Shown here: positions 30,401 to 42,700 of the stretch, piece after piece | How positions within the stretch are numbered: the first letter of the stretch is position 1 | Layout: every line of letters starts with the position of its first letter | NCBI GenBank assembly: GCA_963753345.1 | Contig: CAVWBU010000031.1 | Coordinates: 1-64,000, forward strand | Origin: an uncultured Fibrobacterota bacterium | GTDB taxonomy: Bacteria; Fibrobacterota; Chitinivibrionia; Chitinivibrionales; FEN-1185 | Length of the DNA stretch: 64,000 nucleotides | Reading direction: 5' to 3' | Position numbers and translations under genes: made by a program | The notes under the pieces: model-generated | Databases searched by the model: none | Told to the model about the DNA's origin: nothing | Seen by the model: only the letters and a program-made list of their open reading frames with translations

Positions 30401-31582
30401 ATGAATTCTATTAAAAGAAGGAATAAAGTCTTTATCTTGTGCGTAATTCTGCTGCTTGCCGTCCTGCTTGCCCTGTTGCTCTTCGGGTTGTTACGCAGGG
30501 GCGGGCAGCGGGGAAAAACGGCCCCGGTTGAGAAGAACAAGAAGGAAACCGTGGCCATGGCGAATGCACGCATTGGAGCAGCTCCGGAGACAACCGCGGC
30601 GCCGGCGAAACCGGCGGCGAAGGCAGTTTCCCCTGCGGGGGCGCGCCAGGCGCGCCGGGCGCACGGAGCAGGGGGCAACAACGCGGTCCCGCCGGGGGCG
30701 GTTGACACAACGGCAAAAGCCGGCGCCGCCGGGATTGCGGAGACAACGGCCGTGGTTCCCGTTCCGGCCGAAAGCACCGCGGCCGCCGACACGGCAGGAT
30801 CCGGCCGGGCCCGCGCCTGTGCGGGCGACACGGTGCCGCCTTGGGTCTACCCCGACCCGTCGGGCGGCCTGCACCGGCACGCGGTGCGCGTGGTGCTGTC
30901 GGCGACCAAGCCGTGCGCTATAGAGTGGAAAACCGACAGCGCGGCCCCGTTTGCTCTTTACAAAGGCGATACGATACCCATAGCCGCAACCACGACGCTC
31001 TATTTCCGGGCGCACGACTCCTGCGGCAACGTGATGGACGAGCGGCAGGAATTCTTCGAGATCTCGGCCGAAGACGCGGCACGGTACTGTCCGCAGGATA
31101 TGGAATTTGTCAAGGCGGGCCAGACGCGCTTCTGCATCGACCGTTACGAGTGGCCCAACAGGTTCAAGGCGACGCCGCTGTCGTTTGTTTCCCTGTACAG
31201 CGCCGTTGATTCCTGCGTTTCGGCGGGCAAGCGCCTCTGCACCTCCGACGAATGGACGGTCGCCTGCACGGGGCCGTACGGATGGAGATTCCCGTACGGA
31301 AACGCTTACGAACCCCGCGCCTGCGTATCGCACGACACCACCGCCAGGCCCTCGGGCACCAAGCCCGAGTGCCGCGGCTATTTCGAGGTCTTCGACATGG
31401 CGGGAAACCTGGCGGAATGGACCAATACCAGGTCGGACAAGAACCCACAGTTTTTCAACGTGCGGGGCGGGTTCTGGGAGAGCGGGCCGCACACCGGCTG
31501 TTTCGACGTGCGGTACAGCTACTATCCGCAGAACAGGCACAACCCGGTGGGATTCCGATGCTGCAAGGCTGCCACCGAGTAG
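30401..31582 (+). CDS. Membrane-anchored FGE-sulfatase (SUMF1/GldJ-K-like fold) domain protein with Ala/Pro linker and Ig-like domain
   Basis: N-terminal TM helix, CPQDM, FCIDRYE, GKRLCTSDEW, FDMAGNLAEW, RGG.W, GFRCC. Confidence 0.8.
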   Translation: MNSIKRRNKVFILCVILLLAVLLALLLFGLLRRGGQRGKTAPVEKNKKETVAMANARIGAAPETTAAPAKPAAKAVSPAGARQARRAHGAGGNNAVPPGAVDTTAKAGAAGIAETTAVVPVPAESTAAADTAGSGRARACAGDTVPPWVYPDPSGGLHRHAVRVVLSATKPCAIEWKTDSAAPFALYKGDTIPIAATTTLYFRAHDSCGNVMDERQEFFEISAEDAARYCPQDMEFVKAGQTRFCIDRYEWPNRFKATPLSFVSLYSAVDSCVSAGKRLCTSDEWTVACTGPYGWRFPYGNAYEPRACVSHDTTARPSGTKPECRGYFEVFDMAGNLAEWTNTRSDKNPQFFNVRGGFWESGPHTGCFDVRYSYYPQNRHNPVGFRCCKAATE

Positions 31583-31670
31583 GGCTTTTGGCCGGCGGGA
31601 CCGCGTGCGGCAGGGAAATCTCTCGTGTCAATGAACAACAAAGCGTGGGAACGGGAGCCGCTTCGCAGCT

Positions 31671-34600
31671 ATGGTTCGCCTGAGCGTTGTTTGCTGTTGC
31701 ATCATGGCCGCACTCACGGTGGGAACGGCGTCGGAAGGGATCCGGAAGGCCCCTCCGGTCCTCGAATTTTTCCATGCCCTCAGCGAAGAGCCCGCGCTCC
31801 CCAGCATCCTTTCCGAAGACAGCCCCGCTCCGCTCGAATGCAAGACAAAGCTGTTCGACGACAGGGAAGTGGTCGATTTTGAAAAACGCGAGATCTACTT
31901 CGAGCGCGTCGACAAGACCTACGGCATCGTGGTATGGCAGTACCGCTACGACGAGCTCGATTCCTATCTGGAAAGCAGGCGGCATTTCGTGCTGCTCAAC
32001 GCCTGGTACAAGAGCGCCCTTTCGCTTCTCACCGCACCGTCCGAAAAGAAGAAGAACCCCTTTACCGCCCTTCAGTGGGAACTTCCGGTCCAGTATCCTG
32101 CGTGGGCGCAGCGCATCCTCGGCAAAGACCCTCCCAAGCTGAGCATCAGCGGATTCGAGAAAATAACGGTATCGTACAACTACACCAAGACCGACATTCC
32201 CGGCTCCGCGGTTCAGCTGCAGCCCAGCAACGCGGTCGTGTTCGACCAGGACAACCAGTTTTCCATCACCGGGAGCGTGGGCAGGCTCATCGGCATCAAC
32301 ATCAAGGGCAGCACCAAGCAGGCCACGAGCATGGACGTGCAGAACAATCCGCTCAAGAACTTCAAGATCGAGTACAAAGGCGAGGGCGACGAACTCGATG
32401 ACGAGGTGGTCCAGCAGGTGACGGCTGGTTTTATGGGCTTCGACATGCCGTCCACGGTGCTGTCGGGGTATTCCGAAAGCCATGAGGGGCTCTTCGGCGT
32501 CAAGCTGGTGACAAAGATCGGACCGCTTATGCTCACCGGCATCGCCAGCACCGAGCAGGGCGAGTCGCAGAACACCACCCTGCACCCATCGGGTCAGGGC
32601 GACGCCGGGACAGTGAGGAGCGAAAAGGATTTTCTCAGGAACAAAATCTTCTTTCTCGACACGGTGTACCGCAATGCGTACATCGTGCATGCGCTCGGCC
32701 AGGCCGACGTTGTGCCGAAGGTGGTGACGCTCCAGGTGTGGGTGTCGAAGGACGGCACCCGGGCAGAAGCGGAGTTGTCAAATGCAAACAAACAGACCGC
32801 CGAGGTGTATAAGACGATCGGCTCGTCGCTCACCTATTACAAGTACCTCAAGGAAAACCGCGACTACTTCGTTGATAGAGATAACGGGTGGGTACGGTTC
32901 GACAGCGTCTCCATTGACGACAACGACGTGCTCGGCATTTATCTGATAACGTCGGACACCTCGAAGACCTCGAAGATACCGAAGAAGGGCACGGCTAACT
33001 TTCTCGACAGCACCACGTCAAGAAGTTCAACCGACTCGCTGTGGACCCTCAAGCCGAAAGACCAGGATTCGCTGCAGGTGAGCACGTTTCCGCTCATGTG
33101 GCGCAACGTGTACCTGATGCCCACCGGGTTCGACCCGCAGAAGTTCCGCCTGCGCATTTCGGAGGTCCGCGACACCTCGAAATACCAGGGCGCGAGCGGC
33201 AGGTTCTTCTCGGAGATCCTTGGGCTTGCAACCACCGCGGGTGACCCCCTTTCGTCCAACAGCCAGCTTTACGACGTCGACCACGGGCTCATCATCCTAC
33301 CCGTGCGATTCAAGACGGGCAAAAACGGGATGGGCATGGAGCCGTTTTCCAACGACACCCTCGGCGACGGCAACACGAACCGCAGCCATTTACCATTTAG
33401 CAACAACGAGCGCCGACTGGCAGAACAACACCCCGATTTTCCAGATAACCATGTCCGGTTCATCGCGGAAAACCACGTTCACGCTCGGGTTCGGCAGCGT
33501 GATGTCGGGCACCGAAGCGCTGTACATGGGCGGCAAGGGCGGCTCGCGTCTCGACCGGAACGTCGATTACACCATCGACTACCAGATGGGACAACTGGAC
33601 CTTATCTCCAAGAAGGCGCAGATGGCCGACCAGATCTACGTGGAATATCAGAGCGAGGCGCAGTTCGTTCCGCAGTCGAAGGTGTTTCTCGGCGCGCGCG
33701 GCGAAGTCCAGCTTCCCTTTGGAGAAAAGTCTTTTATGGGAGCGAGCATCCTGTGGCAGAACGCCTCCACCCGCGATCACGTGCCCAAGATCAATCAGGA
33801 ACCGTTCTCCAAGCTGCTCCTCGATTACAACACGAAGATCAACTTGGAGCCCGAATGGATGACCAAGGCGGTCAATTTGCTTCCCCTGGTCTCGACGGAC
33901 GCGAAATCGTCGGTGAACCTGGAGGTGGAGGTTGCGCAGAGCATCACCAACCCGAACACCGACGGGTCCGCGTACGTCGACGATTTCGAGGGAAGCAAGC
34001 AGACCTTTCCGCTGTCGCTTTCCCAGACCCTGTGGTTCCAGTGTTCGCCGCCGACTCCCTGGCAGTCCTCCGACTCCCTGCTGCACCACCCTCCGGCGTG
34101 GCGTTCATACTGGTATGAGCCGCTGGGCGACAGCCAGGTGAACAAGACCGACATATTTGCAAAGAATCCGGACTCGCTGCAGCAGACGCAGAGCGACAAG
34201 ATCGAGCCGACGTTCAGACTCGTTTGTCAACCTGCCCCTCCCGACGCCAATCCTTATTCCAAGAACTACCAGGATCCCTGGGCCGGCATCATGACCTACT
34301 TTCCTTCCGGGACCTCGGACCGGTCGAAGGACAAGTACCTGGAGTTCTATGCGCGGAACGACGGCGGCGGCAGGCTGTACATAGACATGGGCGACATCAG
34401 CGAGGCCGTGTCGCTCGACGGCGGCCCGCCCGACAATAGCCTCCACACCGAAGACCCCAACAACACCGGAGCTTACAACGATACGCTTGACATAGGGCTC
34501 GACGGCAGGCGCGACCAGGACGAATGGTATTGCATTCCGGATTTGGCCGCCTCCACGCCGGGGCATCCCGTATGGGACACACTCTGGGATTATGTGCGCG

Positions 34601-37600
34601 ATAGCGCGGCAACCAAAGCGGCTGGAAGAAACATATGGCTCAAAAAAAACAATGGCAGTGGGGACAGTGCTGAAAATCGCCTCCCGATTCCCGGCGACCC
34701 GAGCAAGGACAATTATGCGCAGTACAGTTGGACCAACACCAGCCAGCGGGGCAACTACGAGTATGCGGACGGGACCTCGGGGAACGGTGTGCTCAACACC
34801 GAAGACCTCAACAGCGACGGGTTCAGGACCTCGGAGAACTTTTTCAGAAGATTCATCGATTTCGACAGCGTCGGCAACGCGTCGTTTATGGCAAGAAACG
34901 CCGGCAACTACCGGGTGAACGATTCCGCTGCAAACGCGAGCAGAACCATCGCCGACACCACGCATCGGTGGCATATGTACAGAATTCCCCTCAACGATAC
35001 TGCCCAGGGCATTTTCCAGCAGGTGGGTTCGCCGGCCTGGAACCAGATCAAGTACATCAGGGTCTGGTGGGGCAATTTCAAGGGCGCAAACAGGACGAGC
35101 AGGAACGTGGTCCAGTTCGCCCGCTGGCAGTTTGTGGGAAACCAGTGGCTCGAAACGCCGATTGTCAATGCGGATTCCTCGTCGGAAACCAAACTCCAGG
35201 TTTCCACGGTGAACACCGACGATAACCTGGGCTACTACGTTCCTCCGCCGGGCGTGTACCGGCAGCCGGACGACAAGGGAAATCCCGCGCGGGAATCCTC
35301 TCTGGACCTTGCGTACAGGAATATCACGCCCGGCACGGTTGCGCTCGTGCGGCGGAGCCTTGCGTTCCAGCCGCTCAATCTTTCCAATTACAACGACATC
35401 TCGCTCATGGTCCACGGCGACACCGCGCGCGCCGGGTTCTGGTTCTTCTTCCGGTTCGGCGCCGACGACTCCACCTACTACGAGGTGCGCTCGCCGGTTG
35501 ACAAGGGGGGGCCTGGGGTGGATGGGTGGAAGGCCCTTGACGTCCGGCTCAAGGAATTGTCGGACCTGAAGCTCTTGTACCAGATCAACAACGGCGACAC
35601 GGGCGCGATCAACACGAGCGTCCAGTCGGGCAACGAGATCCTGTCGATACGGGCGCCCCGGGGGCGGTTTCCGACGTTTTCCAACGTGACCTTTATGGCG
35701 CTGGGCGTCTCCCGCGATTCGTTCGGGCTTCAGTCAAGCTGGCAGGGCGAACTGTGGGTTGACGAAATGAAAGCGAACGGCGTCAGGCCGCTCGACGGAT
35801 GGGCCGGCCGCGTATATCTCTCCACGAAATGGGCCGATTTTCTTAACCTTTCCGTGGGGCTCGACTACCAGGACGGCGATTTCCGGCGCATGACCGACGC
35901 CACCACGGGACTCGGCAACTCCACGCTGTCGGCGAATTTCAGCATCGACGGAAAGCTGAGCAAGTTCCTGCCCGACCGGTGGACCGTCTCCGTTCCCCTG
36001 GGAATGCGCATCCAGGAATCGATTGCCCGGCCGGAACTCGTGCCGAGCTCCGACATCTACCTGCTGCACAAGAACGGCTCCCCGGACGGCCTCCTCGACA
36101 TGTACAAAGACGCCGTCAACATGTTTCTCGACCGCCGCGTGCTTTCGCCCGACACCACCGCGTCGCGGCACTACCAGACCCTGTCGTCGCAGCGGGACTG
36201 GTGGACCGGGTACGACAAGAAGGGCAATTCGCCGAATCCTTTTGTCAATCTGCTGCTCGAACGGCTTGCCGTGGACTTTTCGGCCTCCCACCGGACCACC
36301 TCAACCGCCCAGGGACAGTCCACGCCGGGCGGCGAGGACAGGCTCGACCTGGACACGCTCGATACGTACCACGGCACGCTCAAGTACAATCTCACCCCGA
36401 CGCTTGAGCCCAAGTATTACAAATTCAAACCGTTCGACAAGAGCAAGATCCTGTGGCTCCCCGAGCAGATAAAGAACTACGAATTCTCCTATCTTCCCAC
36501 GACCCTCACCTTCGATCTGGCCGAGGTGACCTATTCCAAGGAAACCATGATCAAGGCCGACATTCCCGGCGAGACGAAGCTCAAGAAACTCGAACTCGAC
36601 CACCGGATGAACCTCGTGTTCGACCCCATCAACATCCTCGATTTCTCGTACAACCTGGCCATAGGCAGGAAGCTCGACAACCAGTTGACCAACGCGAATG
36701 TGAACTCCTATGCGGGCGCAGTCTCGTTTCTCGATAACTACATCGCCAAGAGGGATTCGGTGTGGAAAAAGTACATGATCCTGTACGACGAGCTTTCGCG
36801 CACCCAGGCCACGGGCATCAGGTTCGACCCGACGTTTCTGGACTGGCTGAGCGACAAGTTCGACTACTCGGCCAACTACCGCCAGAACGCCAACAGCAGG
36901 ACCGGCGACTCCACCCATTATCAGAACCTCGGCGTGGACCGGACGTTCCATTTGTCAAGCACCCTCACGCTTGCGGCACTGTTCAAGAAGCTGGCCGGCG
37001 GGTTCGCCTCGTTCAAGTCGATGGCGGCGGTGTTCAATTCGATTTCGGCGGGGATCACCAAGATAAATTTCAACAGCGTCACCTTCGACTACAGCGCCAA
37101 GTCGTCGCTGCGCAACGACAACATGGAAACGGGCCTGCTGGCGGACAGCGGCATAGGGCTGGGGAAGTTTTATCAGTACCAGGTCGGGCTGTCGGGCGCC
37201 AATGCCTGGGACATTGTCACCGGAAACATGAACGACCGCGCCATGGGCGGCATGAGGTTCCGCAACACCGCCATCGGTCTCGAGCAGAACGACCAGCGGA
37301 CGTCCGACATGAACTACTCGCTGAGCACGAACTTCAACCTTCCGGACCCCGTGGACATCCAGTTCACCGGCATAAGCCTCGGCTGGAGCCGTTCGTACAT
37401 CGTGCGGCCCGACACGTCGTCGAGGGACACCACCTTCACCTGGCCCGACTTCACCGAAAGCGCCCGGTCGGGCATCCTCAACAAAATCACTTTTGTAAAG
37501 CAGTACATGCAGAGCGTGACCCTTTCGAACAAGTACAGCTTTCAGAAGAAGGTGCATAATACCGCCGCTTCGGGGACGATCCAGAAGACCGTGTCGGTCG

Positions 37601-38070
37601 CCAACACGTTTTCACCGCTTGTCGGCGTGGAGGGGACCCTCAAGAAGTGGCCCGTGAGCCTCACGTATTCCTGGGACTACGGGATAAAGACCGATTCGAG
37701 CGGAAGCACGGGAACCGACAATCTCTCAAAAACCACCGACAACGGCCATAAAGCGGGCATCAAGTACGAGATCAGCAAGGCGTCCGGAACCAACCAGATC
37801 AAGTTCCTGATGTGGAAAATACCGATTGTGGGCAGGCTTGTCACCGGCGCCGAAGGCGAGTACCATACCACAACGCTCGACTCACGGTCGGGCGGAACAA
37901 GCAACTCCAGCGTCACCTCCTCCTTGACCGTCACCCCGCACGTGTCCTACGATTTTACCGACAATATCACGGGCGAGTTCCACTACAGCGGGTCGCAGAA
38001 AAAGGCCCCAAACCAAACAACGACATCACATATATTTGCATTGTCGGTCGAAATACGCTTCAACCCCTGA
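31671..38070 (+). CDS. sprA: SprA/Sov-like type IX secretion outer-membrane translocon; frameshift near 33381
   Basis: EYKGEGDE..EVVQQV.AG, GLFGVK, DYTIDYQMG, NPNTDG.AYVDDFEGS, TEDLNSDG, GELWVDEM, beta-barrel-like C-terminus; two overlapping ORFs. Confidence 0.85.
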
Positions 38071-38085
38071 TCGCGCCGGAACATC

Positions 38086-39624
38086 ATGCCGAAAAAAATC
38101 CTGTTTACCGCCACGCCCACGGAAAAACGCGCCGCGCTTCTGGAAAACGACCGCGTGGTGGAGCTTGTGGTGGAACGGCCCGACAGCCTCAGGTTCGTGG
38201 GCAATATCTACCGCGGCAAAATCGTCTCGATCCTCCCCGGCATTCAGGCCGCGTTCGTGGACATCGGACTGGAAAAGGCCGCGTTCCTCCATGCTTCCGA
38301 CGTGGACCCTTCGCTGCTCCTCGAAGAGGCCGATTCGCTTGCCGAACGGTACATGGACCAGGGCAAGAGCAGCCGCAGGAAGGTTATAAGAATTCCCATA
38401 GAGAAAGTGCTCGAGGAAGGCCAGGAGATCCTCGTGCAGGTGATGAAGGAGCCCATCGGCACCAAGGGCGCGAAGGTCACCACGCAGATCAGCCTTGCCG
38501 GCCGGTTCCTCGTGCTGGTCCCCGACGCCGACTTCATCGGCGTGTCGAAAAAAACCAGCGACGACAAAAAGCGCCTCAAGCTCAAGAAACTCATCGCCGC
38601 GCTCAAGCCGCGCGGCGTGGGCTTTATCGTGCGCACCATAGGCCTGCAGGTTGCCGAACCGGAATTCGTCAAGGAGATGCAGTCGCTTATTGACAAATGG
38701 CGAAAGGCGCAGGAGGAGGCGCTTTCCGGCTCCGCGCCCAAGCTTGTCTACCGGGAAATGGGCATTACCACCCGGGTAATCCGCGACCTCTTTTCCGACG
38801 AGGTGCCGGAAGTCTACGTCGATCAGGACGACGATTTCACCGAGATCCAGTCGTACCTGCGGTCGGTTTCGCCGGACCTCTGCGGCAGGGTGGTGCATTA
38901 CAAGGACAAAACGCCGCTTTTTGACAAATACAATATCGAGAAGGACCTCGAACTGTCGCTCAAGCGCAAGGTGTGGCTCAGAAACGGCGGCTACATCCTC
39001 TTCGACCATGCCGAGGCGCTCCTGGCCATCGACGTCAACACGGGCCGCAACGTGGGCAAATCGAACCTTGAAGAGACGATATTCAAGACGAACCTCGAAG
39101 CGGCGCACGAGATCGCGCGACAGTTCCGGCTGCGCGACATCGGCGGCATCATCGTCATCGATTTCATCGACATGCAGAAGGCCGACCACCGCAGGAAGAT
39201 CGAGGACGAGATGCGGCGGCTCCTGCGGAACGATCCCTCGGCGACGGCCATCACTACGCTTTCAAAGTTCGGCCTCATGGAAATCACGCGCAAGCGCGTG
39301 AGGCCCGAGCTCCAGGAACTCTACACCGACGTGTGCGGCGTGTGCAACGGGCTGGGATGGGTCTTTTCGCCGGCCACCGTAACGGCCCGCATCGACCGGT
39401 GGCTCAACCGCGCCGATTCCCACGACACCCCGCGCGAGCTCAATCTTGCGGTGAACCCGGCCGTTGCCGCGTACCTCAGGCGCGAAAACAGCCAGATGCA
39501 AAGAAAGCTCGAGCAGGAACACAACTTCAGGCTGAGCGTCATCGAAGACGACGCCCTCGACCAGGACGACTACGATTTCTACCCCAAAGGCGGGACAAAG
39601 CCGATTACCGCCAAATATGTTTAG
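38086..39624 (+). CDS. rng: Ribonuclease E/G family
   Basis: GNIYRG, AAFVDIG, IDVNTG, LRDIGGIIVIDFIDM, CxxC. Confidence 0.95.
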   Translation: MPKKILFTATPTEKRAALLENDRVVELVVERPDSLRFVGNIYRGKIVSILPGIQAAFVDIGLEKAAFLHASDVDPSLLLEEADSLAERYMDQGKSSRRKVIRIPIEKVLEEGQEILVQVMKEPIGTKGAKVTTQISLAGRFLVLVPDADFIGVSKKTSDDKKRLKLKKLIAALKPRGVGFIVRTIGLQVAEPEFVKEMQSLIDKWRKAQEEALSGSAPKLVYREMGITTRVIRDLFSDEVPEVYVDQDDDFTEIQSYLRSVSPDLCGRVVHYKDKTPLFDKYNIEKDLELSLKRKVWLRNGGYILFDHAEALLAIDVNTGRNVGKSNLEETIFKTNLEAAHEIARQFRLRDIGGIIVIDFIDMQKADHRRKIEDEMRRLLRNDPSATAITTLSKFGLMEITRKRVRPELQELYTDVCGVCNGLGWVFSPATVTARIDRWLNRADSHDTPRELNLAVNPAVAAYLRRENSQMQRKLEQEHNFRLSVIEDDALDQDDYDFYPKGGTKPITAKYV

Positions 39625-39662
39625 CAATTAAATCTCCTTCTTTTCATTAGTCAAGACTTCTG

Positions 39663-40151
39663 GTGGGGGCACCGCTTCGCGTTTCCCCCTGGCCCCAAGC
39701 CTCCTCGCCCTCCGGGCTGCGGGGTCTCGGGGCACACCCCCTCCTGCGAAGGGGCGCGCGATCGCGCTCGACTTGCGCTCGCGCGGCGTCGCCCGTTCAT
39801 GCTTCGCACCCTTCGGGCGCGCTTTGCGCGTGGTCTCCGCGCCTCTGGCGCTCCGGCTCGCAACGCAACCGCAGCGGTATGCCGCTTCGCGGCGATAGTG
39901 CATTCGGGCACAATCATCTTTGTTAATTTTCGTATGTCAATAATCTGCGAACATCCGAGCAAGCGCTTGTCCATTGCGCGTGCGTTAGGCCGGACTGGAG
40001 GCCACGCTGGAGCGCGGTGCTGCCTGACCACGGCCCGCAGGGCCCTCGTGGCAGGCAGCCCGAGGCCGAAGGCCGAGACCGTAAGGAGGGCCGACCCCGG
40101 TTATGTAGGGGCGTAGCGCGCTACACTCCTCCATAACCGGGGAAACGCCCA
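39663..40151 (+). repeat. Composite structured element: divergent module A, palindromes, module B (39982-40151)
   Basis: GTGGGGG..TTTCCCCCT; GCGTTAGGCCGGACTGGAG...GGCCGAAGGCCGAGACCG...GGGGAAACGCCCA. Confidence 0.75.
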
Positions 40152-40239
40152 TTTTATTTGTTAGCTTGTCTAGCTTATCTAGTATTGACTCGATTTCAGC
40201 TTGGAATGTATATTGAAAGGCCTTCAAAGGAGTCGATTC

Positions 40240-40551
40240 ATGTTTTCGATTGTCGAACAGGACGGTTTTCAGTTCAAGGTGTCGCAGGGGGATACCATTC
40301 TCGTGCCCAGGATGAGCGCGGAAAAGGGGAGCGAAATAGCCCTCGAGAAAGTCCTCATGATCGGCGAGGGCGGCACCGTAAAGATCGGTTCACCCACCGT
40401 GAGCGGCGCAGTTGTCAAGGCAAAGGTCGTGGACCACGTGAAGGGCGAGAAGATTTTCATCATGAAGAAGAAACGCAGAAAGAACTACAAGAAGAGGACC
40501 GGGCACCGGCAGCAGCACACCGCGCTGCAGATTCTTTCGATAACCGCCTGA
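40240..40551 (+). CDS. rplU: 50S ribosomal protein bL21
   Basis: [14 protein letters not shown]...GHRQ. Confidence 0.97.
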   Translation: MFSIVEQDGFQFKVSQGDTILVPRMSAEKGSEIALEKVLMIGEGGTVKIGSPTVSGAVVKAKVVDHVKGEKIFIMKKKRRKNYKKRTGHRQQHTALQILSITA

Positions 40552-40585
40552 CAAGGCGTCGCATCCGAAGAAAAAGGAACGTATC

Positions 40586-40840
40586 ATGGCACATAAAAAG
40601 GGCGGCGGCAGCAGCGTTAACGGACGGGACAGCAATCCTCAGTATCTCGGCGTCAAGAAATACGGCGGCGAAAAAGCGATCGCCGGAAACATTTTGGTCC
40701 GCCAGAAGGGCACGGTGATTCACCCGGGCCGCAACGTTGGCAAGGGCAAGGACGACACGCTGTTCGCGCTTATCGACGGCGTGGTCCAGTTCACCGTCGG
40801 CGCGAACGACCGCAAGAAAGTGCATATTCTTCCCGCTTAG
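40586..40840 (+). CDS. rpmA: 50S ribosomal protein bL27
   Basis: [16 protein letters not shown]. Confidence 0.98.
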   Translation: MAHKKGGGSSVNGRDSNPQYLGVKKYGGEKAIAGNILVRQKGTVIHPGRNVGKGKDDTLFALIDGVVQFTVGANDRKKVHILPA

Positions 40841-40882
40841 CACAGCTTCCAAGTAACAGCTTCCCCAAGAATTCCAATGCAC

Positions 40883-41419
40883 GGGGAAAGTTTACCCCCT
40901 CGCTCCGGCAAAGCTCAACAGTTCTCGGGAGCTTCACCCCCGAACCCCGACCTGCTTTCTTTCCGCAGCGAAAGAAAGTAGGCAAAGAACGCCGCGCCTG
41001 CAGCGCCGCCTGATCCCTCGGCCGTCGGGCCGCTCGTGAACTCGCCCGGCAAAAAGCATCCGTCAAGAAATTTGCCCCGTAAATTCAAGTCCATTTGTCA
41101 ATACCAGACCAGCCGGGCTCGGACAGCACGAGCGGCCAAGTAACCCGCCCGTCCTGTTGGGCGGGTTAGCGCCGATGGCCTCAGGGTCGGCGCTGATGGC
41201 GCAGGAAAAAAAAGGCCAGTTCTTCGAACTTGCGCAAGCCGTTATTGACAATTGGGCAATGTCCTTCTGCCCTGCGTTAGGCAGGACTGGAAAAATGGTC
41301 CCGCTTGAGGCGGGATGCCGCCCGGACCCGGCCCTGTGGGCCATAGGGCCGAGGCGGCCCGAGGCCGAAGGCCGAGACCGGAAGGACGGCCGACCCGAGC
41401 ATGGCGAGGGGAACGCCCA
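40883..41419 (+). repeat. Composite element: partial A, module D (40909-41205), linker, module B (41274-41419)
   Basis: Shares long blocks with 48132-48573. Confidence 0.85.
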
Positions 41420-41426
41420 AATTTAT

Positions 41427-42653
41427 TTATATATTTGTATTTCTATTTCGAAACAATAGCAGGTCTACTAGATACTGTGCCTTTTTGTAAAACGGTGTGT
41501 TGCGCCTTTTCTGGCCCGACATCCACTTGCTCCACGTGATATACGCGGTCATGGCGAAGCAGCCCGCCACGAAGAACATGATGCAGACGATTGAACGCTT
41601 GGGCCTGGTCTTTTTCTGCGGCGGCTGGGCGTACTCGAGCGCCTGGACGGCGGGCACGTCGTTCGATTCGGAGAATTTCGCCTGTTCGAACAGCTGAAGA
41701 ACGAATTCGTACAGCGATTCCTGGATCTTGACGTCCCGCAACAGGTACCCGTACTTCACCGATTTGGCCGGCGCGTCCTTGAGCGCAATGATGAGGTTCC
41801 CGCCGCCGGCAGCCATGTATTTCCCGATTTCCCTCCCGATGACTGCTTTCTGTTTCTGAAGCTCGGCGATCCGCTGGTTGCCGGAGCTGCCGTACTGGCT
41901 CTGCAGCTGGCTTATCTCAAGGTCGAGCGCCATTTTCTGCGCCTCGAACTGGGCGAGCGCCTCGACCGAGGATTTGGTCTGGTGTTCAAGGTCGATATAG
42001 TTGTTTTTGGTCTGGAATTCGGTGAGCCTCTGCGCGGCCGTGTCGAGGTCCTGCCTGATGAGGGCGAGCCGCTCCTCGAAAAAGACCCTCGAATTCCGCG
42101 CGCTCTCCTTTGCCAAGCAGTAGGTTATGGTGTCGAGTTCGAGCAGCATGAAGTTGGCGATGTCGGCGGCCATGCCCGGGCTCGAATCGGTCACCGCGAC
42201 CTCGATGTTGCCATAGTCGTTTTCAACGATTTTCGTGTTCCTGTGGAACGCCTTGAGAAGGTCTTCAATATAGTATTTCTTCATTTTGTTGAACCCGTAA
42301 TGGCGGACAAGGTCGAACCGGCGCAGCACGATCTCCGCCATGCGACGGCTTTCCAGAACGCTCAGAAAGTTGTCCGCATCGCTGCCGCCGCCAAGGTCCA
42401 TTGACTTGAGAATGCCGGAAACCGGAAGCTCCTTGGAAATCAGGGACCCGAGGCCGGGCATTTTCGGCGCAGGTTTCATGATGACGGCGGTCGCGGTGTA
42501 GTACCGGGGCATCAGAAGGCTTATCACAAGACCGGCCACGCAGAAAGCAACGACGCCGGCGACAAAGAGCCATTTCCGCTCAACCAGCACGATGAGCAGG
42601 TCGAGCAGGCCGGGACGGCCGGAATTTTCCATGGATGTGTTCTGCGTTTGCAT
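41427..42653 (-). CDS. Wzz/Wzc-type polysaccharide co-polymerase (GNVR domain)
   Basis: LLDLL..., N- and C-terminal TM helices, Y.ATA.I, coiled coil, PPQKKTRPKR. Confidence 0.85.
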   Translation of the reverse strand: MQTQNTSMENSGRPGLLDLLIVLVERKWLFVAGVVAFCVAGLVISLLMPRYYTATAVIMKPAPKMPGLGSLISKELPVSGILKSMDLGGGSDADNFLSVLESRRMAEIVLRRFDLVRHYGFNKMKKYYIEDLLKAFHRNTKIVENDYGNIEVAVTDSSPGMAADIANFMLLELDTITYCLAKESARNSRVFFEERLALIRQDLDTAAQRLTEFQTKNNYIDLEHQTKSSVEALAQFEAQKMALDLEISQLQSQYGSSGNQRIAELQKQKAVIGREIGKYMAAGGGNLIIALKDAPAKSVKYGYLLRDVKIQESLYEFVLQLFEQAKFSESNDVPAVQALEYAQPPQKKTRPKRSIVCIMFFVAGCFAMTAYITWSKWMSGQKRRNTPFYKKAQYLVDLLLFRNRNTNI

Positions 42654-42700
42654 GCTAAAAAAATATGTTATGACCGAAAGCCAATAAAAAATATATAGAT

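Noticed and set aside
12220-39189. Long antisense or alternate-frame ORFs (e.g. 28203-30362, 17653-18996, 34105-35415)
   Set aside because: Shadows of GC-rich genes with no recognisable motifs
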